Shown here: positions 21,114 to 31,000 of the stretch, piece after piece
Layout: every line of letters starts with the position of its first letter
Numbering within the stretch: the stretch's first letter is position 1
NCBI GenBank assembly: GCA_965652295.1
Contig: CBFGTS010000007.1
Span: 64,001 to 128,000 of the forward strand
Reading direction: 5' to 3'
Origin: an uncultured Haloferula sp.
GTDB taxonomy: Bacteria; Verrucomicrobiota; Verrucomicrobiia; Verrucomicrobiales; Akkermansiaceae
Length of the DNA stretch: 64,000 nucleotides
Program-made: the position numbers and the translations under genes
Notes under the pieces: generated by a model
What the model was told of the DNA's origin: nothing
Seen by the model: the letters and a program-made list of their open reading frames with translations, nothing else
The model's database searches: none

Positions 21114-21156
21114 ATGAAGGGCGCTGATTCTCAATGAGTCAGCGCCCTTCGCCTTT
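21080..21156 (+). repeat. Left attachment site (tRNA 3' end plus terminator)
   Basis: 76/77 identical to 39711-39787; the mismatch is T21135 vs C39766. Confidence 0.95.
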
Positions 21157-21158
21157 TT
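21116..21158 (+). terminator. Intrinsic terminator after tRNA-Asn
   Basis: gaagggcgctgattc-tcaat-gagtcagcgcccttc stem followed by gccttttt. Confidence 0.8.
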
Positions 21159-21167
21159 CGGGTGGAG

Positions 21168-21193
21168 TCAGACTGAACACTCAGACTGAACGC
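21168..21193. repeat. Tandem TCAGACTGAAC(A/G)C x2; putative integrase arm-type sites, left end
   Basis: 13-bp direct repeat just inside the left att; core ACTGAAC is shared with the right-end repeats. Confidence 0.7.
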
Positions 21194-21251
21194 TTGTGCT
21201 GGCACGGCTGTCCCTTGAAGCACGGTGTCCTCCTGATATGGAAGGAGGAGC

Positions 21252-22013
21252 ATGTCCGACGAAACTTTCAATGCTCTCCAGCTGATTCTTCAATGCCTCG
21301 GTTTGGTGGTTGGGGTGGTGCTCTTCGTTGCCGCGGTGTGGCGCGATGACTTCAAAGCGCGAAGGGTGAAGCCCGAGCTGAAACTCGTTCCAGAGGATAT
21401 CCCTAAAGGAGAGCGAACCACGGTGTACCAGAGGGGGAGTGGATTCCGTAGGAGAGAGAGCTACCGAAGGAGCGAGGAAGAGGAGTCGGAATCTACCGAT
21501 GCCCCAGATGACCGGGATTCGCGCGATGAGAGCCACGATGGTTCATCTTCCAGGTCTGATGGAACCCCCGCGTTTTATTGGCACCTCAAGCTGGTGAACG
21601 AAAGGCCTTGGGTTGTAGCCAAGAACGTGGAGCTTCGGCTACTAAAGCTCTCGGTTCGCGAAGGTAGTGAGAGGACTTCCGAGCGGCCGTTGTCCGGATC
21701 GTTGCCGATGATTCAAAAAGGAGGCGAGCATATCGCCGACGTGGGCTACAAGAGCATCAACTGCGGGCTGGTTCGCCTGGTAGCCGGGTGCGGCCTGCAA
21801 TTGCGGATAGCTGGCCGTATTCCCAATAATCTCCGGCCCCGGCTGTACGATCCAGGATCGATGGAGCTCGTGTTGCAGGCCCAAGGCGACAACGCTGTGA
21901 GCAATACCCTCATCGTCCAGATCGACTGGGACGGCGGATTTCCTGATTGGGATGATGGAGCGGACTGTGTGAGGTTCAATGTCCGAGAGGTTTACGATGG
22001 ATCGTGGATCTGA
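21252..22013 (+). CDS. Membrane-anchored hypothetical protein (element cargo)
   Basis: Strong RBS AAGGAGG, N-terminal TM, acidic/Ser low-complexity insert, beta-rich C-terminal domain. Confidence 0.75.
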   Translation: MSDETFNALQLILQCLGLVVGVVLFVAAVWRDDFKARRVKPELKLVPEDIPKGERTTVYQRGSGFRRRESYRRSEEEESESTDAPDDRDSRDESHDGSSSRSDGTPAFYWHLKLVNERPWVVAKNVELRLLKLSVREGSERTSERPLSGSLPMIQKGGEHIADVGYKSINCGLVRLVAGCGLQLRIAGRIPNNLRPRLYDPGSMELVLQAQGDNAVSNTLIVQIDWDGGFPDWDDGADCVRFNVREVYDGSWI

Positions 22014-22131
22014 GTGCGTTCGCAATCAGGTGGCGGTCCTTGGTCTTGACCTAGGTGACAAAAACCTTCGAATGGTCGAAGTTTTCTCGGCAAGGCACGA
22101 GGTAGCCGACCCTCGTAACCGTTTCGCCTCC

Positions 22132-22476
22132 ATGAATGTCATCAAAATTCTCCGCCTTTTGCCCGTTCTATGGCTGGTGAGCTGCGCGACTTCCAACGTC
22201 ATTTCGTGCGGCCCTGACACCTTCATGGTGACATCGTCGGGAGCTGGTTTCGACACCGGTTCAGTGAGAGAGAATTGCTTTAAAAAGGCGAATGACTTCT
22301 GCGAGGAACGCGACCTGGTCATGATGCCAGTTGCCATCGATGTCCAAGGCGGAGAGCTGGGCAAACGCCCGCCAACAGCTGAACTCACATTTCGCGCTCT
22401 CAGGCAGGGAGATCCAGAGATCGGGCGCCCAAATCTTGAGAAGCCCGATGCCATCATCCGCATCGAATCCCGCTGA
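22132..22476 (+). CDS. Small lipoprotein (element cargo), 114 aa
   Basis: Lipobox LVSC after a short signal peptide; GPDTFMV...KKANDFC pattern. Confidence 0.75.
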   Translation: MNVIKILRLLPVLWLVSCATSNVISCGPDTFMVTSSGAGFDTGSVRENCFKKANDFCEERDLVMMPVAIDVQGGELGKRPPTAELTFRALRQGDPEIGRPNLEKPDAIIRIESR

Positions 22477-22679
22477 GGAAACTTGTCCGAAAAGGTAAGT
22501 CGAGGGAGGAGCTCGGTTGAAAGCCCTGCCCTCGGTCACGAAGGCGGGGCAGGTTTCGAGAGAGCGCGAGGCTGCTCAGAGAGGTGAGACGTAGCCAAAC
22601 GAAGCGTATTCAAGCCGATGAGGCTGTCGACGAGGAATGAGGGGCATGGGTCGCGGAGAGGCTCTCGGATGGCGAATCC

Positions 22680-22717
22680 GTTACGGTTTGTTACGGTTTG
22701 TTACGGTTTGTTACGGT
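22680..22717. repeat. Tandem 10-bp repeat (GTTACGGTTT) x3.8
   Basis: Read directly in the non-coding gap between convergent genes. Confidence 0.9.
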
Positions 22718-23041
22718 GTGGAGCCCCGTACGCCACTGATTTCGAGAGCGGCAGGCAGGGGAGAACGTTCGTTTACGCTCGCCGAGAGAGGCAGAGGGTC
22801 GCGGTGAACCGTCGCGGCACCTCTCACGCAGCCATGGCACCACCTACGAAGGGACGGTACCAGAGACTTCCAAAACGGTGAAGAGGCCGACCTCGGCATG
22901 GTCGGAGGATTCGAGGAGCTTTCGTTGGAGAATTTCGTTCATTGGAGTTGAGGTGGTCGGTTGGAGGCCCCGCCGGCGTGTGCCAGCGGGGCTCTGGATT
23001 CGGGACCACGCACTCCTCCCAGGTGGAGCGTGGTTCCAATT

Positions 23042-23593
23042 TTACTGGGCCTCTCTCATTTTCATGGCGGCCCAATACAGCTCGCCTTCCTTTCGAGCCC
23101 AAAAGGCTTTCAACACGGCAATCTGTTGGAGCTTCAGCACCGTCGTTCCGGCATGGACGGCCATGATTTTCAGGCGATTGAAGGTTCTCGGATTCGAATA
23201 AAGGACGTCCAGGACTGCCAGCTTTCCGTTTCTGAAGTTCACGTTCTCCCGCTCCTTGAGCCAGAGTTTAACGATGCCGCTCCTTCCAGCTTCCCGGAGT
23301 TCGTCGTCATCGCTGAAAAACCCATAGCTGAGAATGGCGAAGTGGTTTTCAACGTCCCGGTCGAAATTCTCGCGACACTCTGGACGCGTAGCGAAATGCT
23401 TCTCAAGATAGTCCTTGATTCGGAAGGGAATCGGAACCTTCGCGACCACGCCGCTCGCTCCGGAATGGAGCGGGCTCACATCAGCACGGTTCCGTCTGGG
23501 AATCTCCACGGTGAGGGTTTCGAGCTTCCGCGGGCTCTTCTTCGGAGTGGTGACGGCCGTGGTGGCGGTGGGAGGTTCTGCGGTGTGATTCAT
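23042..23593 (-). CDS. Hypothetical protein, 183 aa; probable tandem-RHH paralog of 23928-24437
   Basis: IPFRIKDYL and LSYGF match MPSRIADYL and SKYGF of the other gene; both have Thr-rich N-termini. Confidence 0.65.
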   Translation of the reverse strand: MNHTAEPPTATTAVTTPKKSPRKLETLTVEIPRRNRADVSPLHSGASGVVAKVPIPFRIKDYLEKHFATRPECRENFDRDVENHFAILSYGFFSDDDELREAGRSGIVKLWLKERENVNFRNGKLAVLDVLYSNPRTFNRLKIMAVHAGTTVLKLQQIAVLKAFWARKEGELYWAAMKMREAQ

Positions 23594-23631
23594 CTTTGAG
23601 TCGGGTTGTTGGTTTCGGAGGCGGTAGGCGG

Positions 23632-23895
23632 TCAGGGCTGTTGCTGTGGATCCGCCGGAGGCAAGAAGGCGGCCTTGTAGTCGGTGAGGGTGACGTAGTG
23701 GTCGCGGTGGCCGTCGCGGATGATGCGGCACCGTTTGGCGAGCTGTCGCTGAGTGACGCCGGCGAGGTGGCAGGCCACCGGGACGGGAAGGCGGCGGAGA
23801 GCGTCGGGGTCGCCGATAGCCTCGAGCATCCGGTCGGCGACGATTTCGGCGGCTCGTCCGATGATTTCCCGGCGCTCTGACGGTGAGAAGTTCAT
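23632..23895 (-). CDS. Small HTH (Xis/Cro-like) DNA-binding protein
   Basis: LPVPVACHLAGVTQRQLAKR helix-turn-helix pattern followed by a wing-like segment. Confidence 0.6.
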   Translation of the reverse strand: MNFSPSERREIIGRAAEIVADRMLEAIGDPDALRRLPVPVACHLAGVTQRQLAKRCRIIRDGHRDHYVTLTDYKAAFLPPADPQQQP

Positions 23896-23927
23896 GATGG
23901 AGCGATGAGGTGCGGGTTGCTTCCGGA

Positions 23928-24437
23928 TCAGAGTCCAGCCGTTGGAGCATGGTGGGCGTGAAAGCGCTTCAATGATTCAACCCGGTAGGTGAGTGAGGCC
24001 CTCAGTAGGCACTCGATGTCGACGTCGAGAGCTGCGGCGACCTGGTTCATTCTCTTCCAGTCGCGCTCCTTCATCTTCACGGTGAAGGGCACGGAGGGTT
24101 CTCCGCAGAGGTCGGAGGAAATCCGCGCCCGCTGCTGGAGATCCCGGCAAACGAAGGCCTGAGTCTTCCCGCTCTCAAGATCGAGTGCGGCGAGATAGCC
24201 CACATGGGCGGCGTCGAATCCGTATTTCGAAATCACGTGTTCGGACCGACTGAGGAGGTAGTCGGCGATCCGGGAGGGCATGCGGAAATCGATCTTCACC
24301 CACTTCTCAATCACGTCGAATCCGGTGGCTTTGATTCCGGAGCGCGGGCGTTGCCGTGAGGCTGAGTGTTGAACTTTACGAGGCTGGCGAGTGGTGGCGG
24401 TGGTCTCGGTCATCGGTTGAGTTGGCGTGGTTTTCAT
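23928..24437 (-). CDS. Putative tandem ribbon-helix-helix DNA-binding protein, 169 aa
   Basis: WVKIDFRMPSRIADYL and VPFTVKMKERDWKRMNQVAAALDVDIECLLRASL fit RHH patterns. Confidence 0.6.
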   Translation of the reverse strand: MKTTPTQPMTETTATTRQPRKVQHSASRQRPRSGIKATGFDVIEKWVKIDFRMPSRIADYLLSRSEHVISKYGFDAAHVGYLAALDLESGKTQAFVCRDLQQRARISSDLCGEPSVPFTVKMKERDWKRMNQVAAALDVDIECLLRASLTYRVESLKRFHAHHAPTAGL

Positions 24438-24504
24438 TTCGCTAGCAAAGCTAGCGAAAGAAAGATGGAAACGGCAAGAGAAATCGGCTAGCAAAGCTAG
24501 CGAA
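24438..24504. promoter_or_regulatory. Two operator-like sites GCTAGC-AAA-GCTAGCGAA between divergent RHH genes
   Basis: Identical 18-mers at 24441-24458 and 24487-24504; the first extends to the perfect inverted repeat TTCGCTAGC-aaa-GCTAGCGAA. Confidence 0.8.
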
Positions 24505-24674
24505 TGGCGAAGAAGGAAAAGACGATCGGGATGCGGGTCGACACAGAGCTCGATGAGGTGCTCTCGCGTCTCGCCGAGGAAGAGCAGCGAACCCCGGCCG
24601 GCATGGCTCGCGTGCTGGTCATTGAAGCCCTGACGAAAAGGAAGGCATGGCCTCCGAAGGGGCGGAAGAAGTAG
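24504..24674 (+). CDS. CopG/Arc-family ribbon-helix-helix repressor, 56 aa (not in ORF track)
   Basis: Hand translation: MAKKEKTIGMRVDTELDEVLSRLAEEEQRTPAGMARVLVIEALTKRKAWPPKGRKK*. Confidence 0.85.
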   Translation: MAKKEKTIGMRVDTELDEVLSRLAEEEQRTPAGMARVLVIEALTKRKAWPPKGRKK

Positions 24675-24705
24675 CCCCGTCCCGTCCTCCAGAGCAGTGA
24701 GGTCT

Positions 24706-25026
24706 TCATGTCGTGGGCTTCCTCTCTTCCAGCAGTCGTAGAACCTCCGCCTCATCGCCTGCCGGGCATAGGTCGTGGACCTGGCGGAGAAATCGCTTCC
24801 GGTCTCCTGGTAGCGCGGAGAATGCGAAACCGGCTTCCTGCATATCGTCGAGAGCGGCATGGGCGGCCTCGGTGATGTCGGCGCGGGTCGCCCGGGTGAC
24901 GTAGCGCCACCGATCCCCGTCCTTCCAGCCGAAGCGCCAGTAGCTCGGACCGTCGTCGGATTTGCGCCACGGGCTGATGCGAACATGATAGTTGCCCTTT
25001 CTGAGGGTGAAGGGTTTGCGGCTCAT
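24706..25026 (-). CDS. 106-aa protein resembling a stand-alone integrase N-terminal arm-binding domain
   Basis: Basic three-strand-plus-helix pattern YWRFGWKDGDRWRYVTRATRADITEAA; no catalytic domain follows. Confidence 0.55.
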   Translation of the reverse strand: MSRKPFTLRKGNYHVRISPWRKSDDGPSYWRFGWKDGDRWRYVTRATRADITEAAHAALDDMQEAGFAFSALPGDRKRFLRQVHDLCPAGDEAEVLRLLEERKPTT

Positions 25027-25053
25027 TCGTTGGGGTTCGCTCGGGATTGAGGT

Positions 25054-28000
25054 TTATTGGGACCGGTGGCGGAGCAGCTTCCCAGCGCGTTTGCGCACCT
25101 CCTGCGAGGCGTGGGCGGAGGAAAGAGCTTCCAGAAACGCCTCGCGCTGGGATTCGTCCATGGGAGCGAGAATCGAGGCGAGCTTGTCGGCTTTGGCGTC
25201 GCGCTTGGCGCGGCGGACCTTCTTGTCCGGCTTGCCGTCCTCGCGGGTCGATGGGCCGAGGGTGTCGTCGAGGTCACGGGAGAACTTCGAGAAGCGAGCC
25301 TTGAGGAGTTCGATGCGGTCGGCTTCGGAAAGGCTGCCGCCGGCGGTGTTGTAGGCACCCAGGACGCTCTCGCCGAGGTTGGCGGCCTGAGCGGCGACGG
25401 CCGCACCGGGAATGAGGGTGCCCCATGCCTGGACGCTGTCGATCGCCGCGTCGGCACGTTCCTCGACGGTGGCGTCCGCGGCGAAGATGTCGCCGCTGCG
25501 GAATGCCTGGCGACCGGCGCGAACCAGCGGGTTCGGATTCGAATCGAAATACCGCACCTCGCTTTCCTGCCAGCGCTCGGCGAAGTCGGCGGGCAAGGTG
25601 TTCTCGATGATCCATTCGGCCGCATCGCTGTCGAAGGCACCGGCGGCGGTGGCGGCGGCACCCTCTCCGAGCACCGGCACGGAACGAAGGTGCTCGGTGG
25701 AGAGAGCGTAGGCCCACGCCTTCGGATCGGTCATGCGGTCCTTGTAGCGAGCCCACCAGCTCTCTTCCTCGTCATCCTTGCCCTTGGCGGTGGCGGCCCA
25801 CATCGAACCGAGGGCAGTGACCAGCGCCGGCATCACGACCAAACCGGCGAAGGCCTGTTGGGCGGCCATGCCGCGGCCGTAGGTGCCCTTGCCGGTGAGG
25901 AGTTCCCGCACGGCCATGAAGGTGATGGCGGTGTTTTTCCGGCGCTCGGAGATGAACAGGGCGAACGGGAGAGACAGCGGACTCTCGAGCATCATCAGTT
26001 CGAACTCCGATTTGGCAAAGCGGAGAGTCGGTTGGGCCGCCCGGAGCAACACGACATCGACCTTGCGGTCGGCGGCGGCGCGGGCTTGCTCCTCGCTCAA
26101 GCCGTCGGCGAGGGACTGCTTGCGGGTGCGCTCCCAGATGAAGGCGGCGGCCACGGTGTTGGCGCCCGTATCGACGATGTTGATGGCCTCCATTGCCGGC
26201 ATCGCGGCAGCATCCGCCACCGCCATCAGCGGCTTGGCGGTCGGTCCGCGTGACTTGGCAAGCTGGGCCTCGAAGGTCGCGCCACCCTTGAGGCGGCGCT
26301 GGATGGCCGGCGACTTCCAGGCATCTCTGAAGGCCGCGGGATTGGCGATCACGTCACGCATCCCGGCGAGAAGCTCTCCATACGGGACCTCGTAGGTGAC
26401 GTTGGCAACGGCGGAGGTATTCGCCACCAGCGTGGACACGCGGCCACCGAGCACACCGATGGCGAAATTCCTGACGACGCTCTTCACCGCACGCTCGATC
26501 CAGAGCAGGGAGTTCGCTCGCAGGGAGCCTCCCGCCTCGATGCGACGGAAGCGCCGTTGAAGCGCCTCATGGAAGGCGGACCCCATGCGGGCCTTGATGC
26601 TTCCGGAGAGCCTCTCGTCGCGCAGAACCCCGCCCCACTCGCGAAGCGCGGAGACGTGGGAGAGCCAGAAGTTCGTCTGCTGCCGATGGGCGAGGAACAC
26701 GGCGAGCGCGTTGATGTAGTCCGGCGGCGCGGAGTTCGTGACGCGCTGCTTGGTGAAGGAGATCGAACGGCCGGTGTGCTGGATTCCGCCACCGTCGAGC
26801 GCGATTTCCCCGGTGGTGGAGAGGGCGACGTCGTTGCGCACCGGGAAGTATCGCTCGACGAGCCGGAGCCCGATTCCCTTCTCGGTGCGGTGAAGAGCAT
26901 CGATAGCCATCTGATCAGCCGCGAGGTAGTCGGTCATCCATGCGCCGAGTGCCTTCGTCTGGGGCTCGAGGAATGCCTCCAGCTCGGCCATGGTCTCCGC
27001 GTCGTATCCCAGGCCTTCGAGCTTCTCGGCTTGATCCGGCTGGCGCATCGTGAGGTAGAGCTGGAGCGCTTCGAGCTGGGACACCGGCCCGATGCTCTTC
27101 CGCTCGCCCGCTGCCTCGACGGTGGTGACGGGGATCGACCGGCGGCGGACCCTCTCCGGCTCGGGCAGGTCGAGAAAGGCTTCCAGCTCGGTGGCGAGTG
27201 CCTTCACCTGGCGCGCTGAGAGTTCGACCCTCTCGCCGGAGCGGGTGTCGAACCCGCCGGCCTCCCCGTTGACGATGGCCTCCGCGAACTTGACCGGCAC
27301 GGAGATGGTGACGGTCCTGCGTCCCTCGATCTTGGAGACTGGCACGGGCGTCTGCTTGTCATTGCTGGAAAGCTCGTGGAGCCGCTTCGCGAGCCCGTGG
27401 CGAGAACGGGCTCCGAGGATTGCGCGGAGAGCCTGCGAGACCTCTTCGGAGTCCTTCAGGTCCCTCTCCTGTTGGTCGATCTCGGCCGCGGCGAAGTCCC
27501 ACTCCATTTCCTCGACGAGGGTCGACACCTCGGGATCCTCGGAAAGCTCCGCGAGCCGGCGGAAGGTCTGGCTCCCTCCGATCATGGCCCCCATCAAACC
27601 CTCGCCGAGGCGGCGGAGTTTGGATTCATCGGCACGGACGCGGCGGCTGCGGTCTCTGTCCTCAATGGGACGGTCCATCTTGAGGCCCTCACGGAGCTTC
27701 TTCACACGGGCATCCCTCAACTCACGACGAGCGACGAGCACCTCGACCCACTCGCGCCGGCCGTCGGTGTAGACGCCCTGCAGGAAGGCTAGAGCCTCTT
27801 CGAGTCGGGCGGAATCGGCGTTCTGGTAGTCGCCGAAAAGCTCGAGCGCCGCAATACGGCCGTCGAGTTCCTCGATCTGCTCCACGGTGAGGCTCTCGCC
27901 ACCGACGAGGCTTTCATTCAGCGCCACCGCCCACGGGTCCATCACCGACTTCTGTTCGGCGGTGGGGTTGGCGATGCCGGCGTTTTCGAGCATCTGCTGA

Positions 28001-31000
28001 AGGACCTCCCCGCGGAAGGTGGCGGCCTCCGGTTCCAGCGGCATCGCCACCTTCACCTGATCGAGAACCGCGTGACCCACAGCCCCGATCTTGCCACCCC
28101 GAGTTCGAGCGTCGGAGAGCTTCGCCTCGCCCTTGGCCACCTCCTTGCGGATCGCGGTCCGGTAGAGGGTCTGAAGGTGGCTTTCGAGAGCCTGCTCGAT
28201 CTTCGGGAGGAGTGAGACAAGGTATTCCCCGCGAGCCTCCGAGGTGCGGAGTTCGGCGAGCTTGCGGAAGGAGGTTGAGAGCTTGCCGCGCACCGCGGCG
28301 GGGAGAGCCCGGGCGATGGCCTCCAAGGTGGCGATGTCTTGGAGCTGCTCGAAGCGGGCCTGGCGCTTGGTGAACTCGTCGGCCTGGGCACGGATGGAAT
28401 CCTCGCCAGCCTTCCCCCGGCGGCCGATCGCTTCCTCACGGCGCTTGGCTTCCCGGCGGCGCTCCCTTTCCCGGGTGGCGAGCTTCGTCATCTCGGCCCG
28501 GTGGCGGGCACGCTCCTTGTCGCGGAGACCCTTGAAACGGGCGGCGACGGTCTTGCGGGCCTCGGCCATGGCGGTGCGGGCCTGCTGCTTGCGCTCCGGC
28601 CCCCACTTCGCGAGGAGCCTCTCTCCTTCGCTCTGGATGGCGGTCTCTTCGTCGTGATCGAGTTGTTCGAGGTTCCGGGTGTGGGTGTTGCGCTCTTCCT
28701 CTCGCTGGACCTCGATGCCGGCGAGGTCGGTTTCCAGCCGCTGGGCGGACTCCTGCGAATCGAGTTCTTCCTGAAGGTCCAGCTCGGCAAGCGAGCGCTC
28801 GGCGGCTTCGGCATCCATGCCGGACGGGCCGCGCTTCTCGGAACGTTGGCGAACGCCGCGGACCTCCCTCGCCATGGTTTTCCAGACCTTCGCCCGGGAG
28901 CTGACGCCGCCGGATTTCACGGCAATGAGGTTGGCCAGGGAGAACAGCGATTCTCCATCTCGCGAAATGGAGAGGGTCTCGCCGGCGGGAGGCTCGACAT
29001 TCTCCGCCACCATTCGGGCTTCGGCATCCGTCCGCAGCCGCTCCATCTCCGTTTCCTGATTCCCGTCGAAGCCGAGAGACTCGCGGATGGTACTCTCCAG
29101 AGCCGGAGAAAGCTCGCCTCCTTGGGAGAGGCGACGCAGGTCTTTCGACAGGGTGAACATGGCCGCGATCTTCTCGGCCATGAGATTGAGGAATCGCTTG
29201 AGCTTCTCTCCGAAGTTGAGATCCGCGAAGTTGCCGGCGGCATACTCGCGGGCGACGTAGGAGAAGCCTTCCACGAGGTTGTCGCGAGACTCTCCGGCGA
29301 GGAACTGCTTGCCGGTCTGGCGCTCGACGCGGCGCAACTCGGTGAGAAGCTCGGACTCGCTCCACCGGCCACCCTCGTTGAGCTGGGCATGCATGTAGGT
29401 CTCGGCCTGTTCTTCCCACAGGGCGGCGACATCCTTTTCGCCCTTGGCGAGGGTGATCGCACCTTCCAGCACTCCGTTGGCGAAGCGGGCCTCCGCGTCG
29501 GCGGATCCACGGACGGTGAATTGATCGAAGTCCGATGGGGTGAAGCCTTCGAGAGAGGTCCCGGTCTGGGCAGCGTAGTCTCGCACCCGCTGCCATGCTT
29601 GAGAGATGGTGACCTGTCCACTCCGCCGGAGGCCACCGATGGTGGCGGCTTCGCTTTCCGTGACCTCGACACCTGGCCGGGCTTCCTGGAAGCGTGCCTG
29701 CTCTTCTTCGAAAGCTCCCTCGATGTCCTCTTCGGAAAGGGCCTCTTCACTGACCCGCCGGGCTTCCTCGAAGTGCTGGGCGATCCATGTCGAGTGAGCG
29801 GAAACCGCCTCTTCCTCGGTGGCGGCGGTCTCGGTGGTGCCGTCGGGATAGGAAACCTCGAATCCTCCTTCGGCGCGGGGGCGAACCACGGGGAGCATGC
29901 TTCCTTCCGTGGCGGACTCCATCACGCTCTCCGTGGCTTGCTGGCGCTGCTCGGCGGTCTTGCCCCGATAGATCTCTTGAAAGCGCTCGACCTTCTCCTC
30001 GGTGCCTTCCAAGGCGGTGACGCTGTCGATTTCCTCGTCGGTGAAAGCCAGAGCCTGCATGCCCTTCCGGTCGGCCATCATGGCGTCGAGGTGATTACGG
30101 CGGAAGCGGTCCGCCACGGTCGCGCCACCGGCACCGAGCACGGAAAGCGGGAGGATGGCGAAAAAGGTTCGCGGTGCCTGCTCGGCCAGTTCCTTCATCT
30201 CACCGCGGAAACTGGCATCGAGTCCGGAATCGTCGGTGATGCGCTCGGCCAGCTCGCGGGCGACGGGCAGCATGGCGTTCTGGACATTCTCCTGCCCGAA
30301 CTCCGCCGCGGTCGTGACCGCCGTTCGCTTGAGGAACCCGCCACCGGCCAGTCCCTTGAGCAGCTTGTTGGCTCCGGGGAACTTGCCGAAGAGGGTCTTA
30401 GCCTGGAAGCGCTCGATGGCCGCCATCGGCACGGCCGCGGCATCAGCGACGTTGCGCAGAGTGGCGTCATCCACGTCGGGATGCTGGGCTTTGAGCTGGC
30501 GGAAGTTGTCCTCCGAATAGACCGCTCCGTTGAGCACCGTTCCAATCGGGCCGGCGAAAGCGGCCCCCATGTAGGGCAGGGACTGGGTGGCGTCGTAAAC
30601 GCCCTGGGCGAGCATGTTCTCGCTCTGGATGCGGGAAACCTCTCCCTTGTAGTCCTTGAGCACCTGCTTGGCCGACTGGAGCCGGGTGAGATGGGTGGCG
30701 AACTGGTCGAGCATGAGACGCTCGGGAGCGGTGAGAAGCCGGCGCTCCTTGTCACGGTCGGCATGGAGACCGTATTCCCCGATGCCCTGGCCTCGGGCGA
30801 GGTTGCCGAGCACGTTCAGGGCAGCGTCGCGGGGTGTCCGGGCTTCTTCCACCGGAACATAGATCGGAGCATCCTCTTCAACGAGCTTGCGAATCTCCGC
30901 CGCCTGGCGACCCCGCATGAACGTATCGAGGGAGATCCCGTAGGCCTCCATGCCTCGATCGAAGGAGCCCGCGACCTTGCGGAAGAACCCGTCCACATCT

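Noticed and set aside
22680..22717. Possible CRISPR array
   Set aside because: Contiguous 10-bp units with no spacers, and no cas genes in the window.
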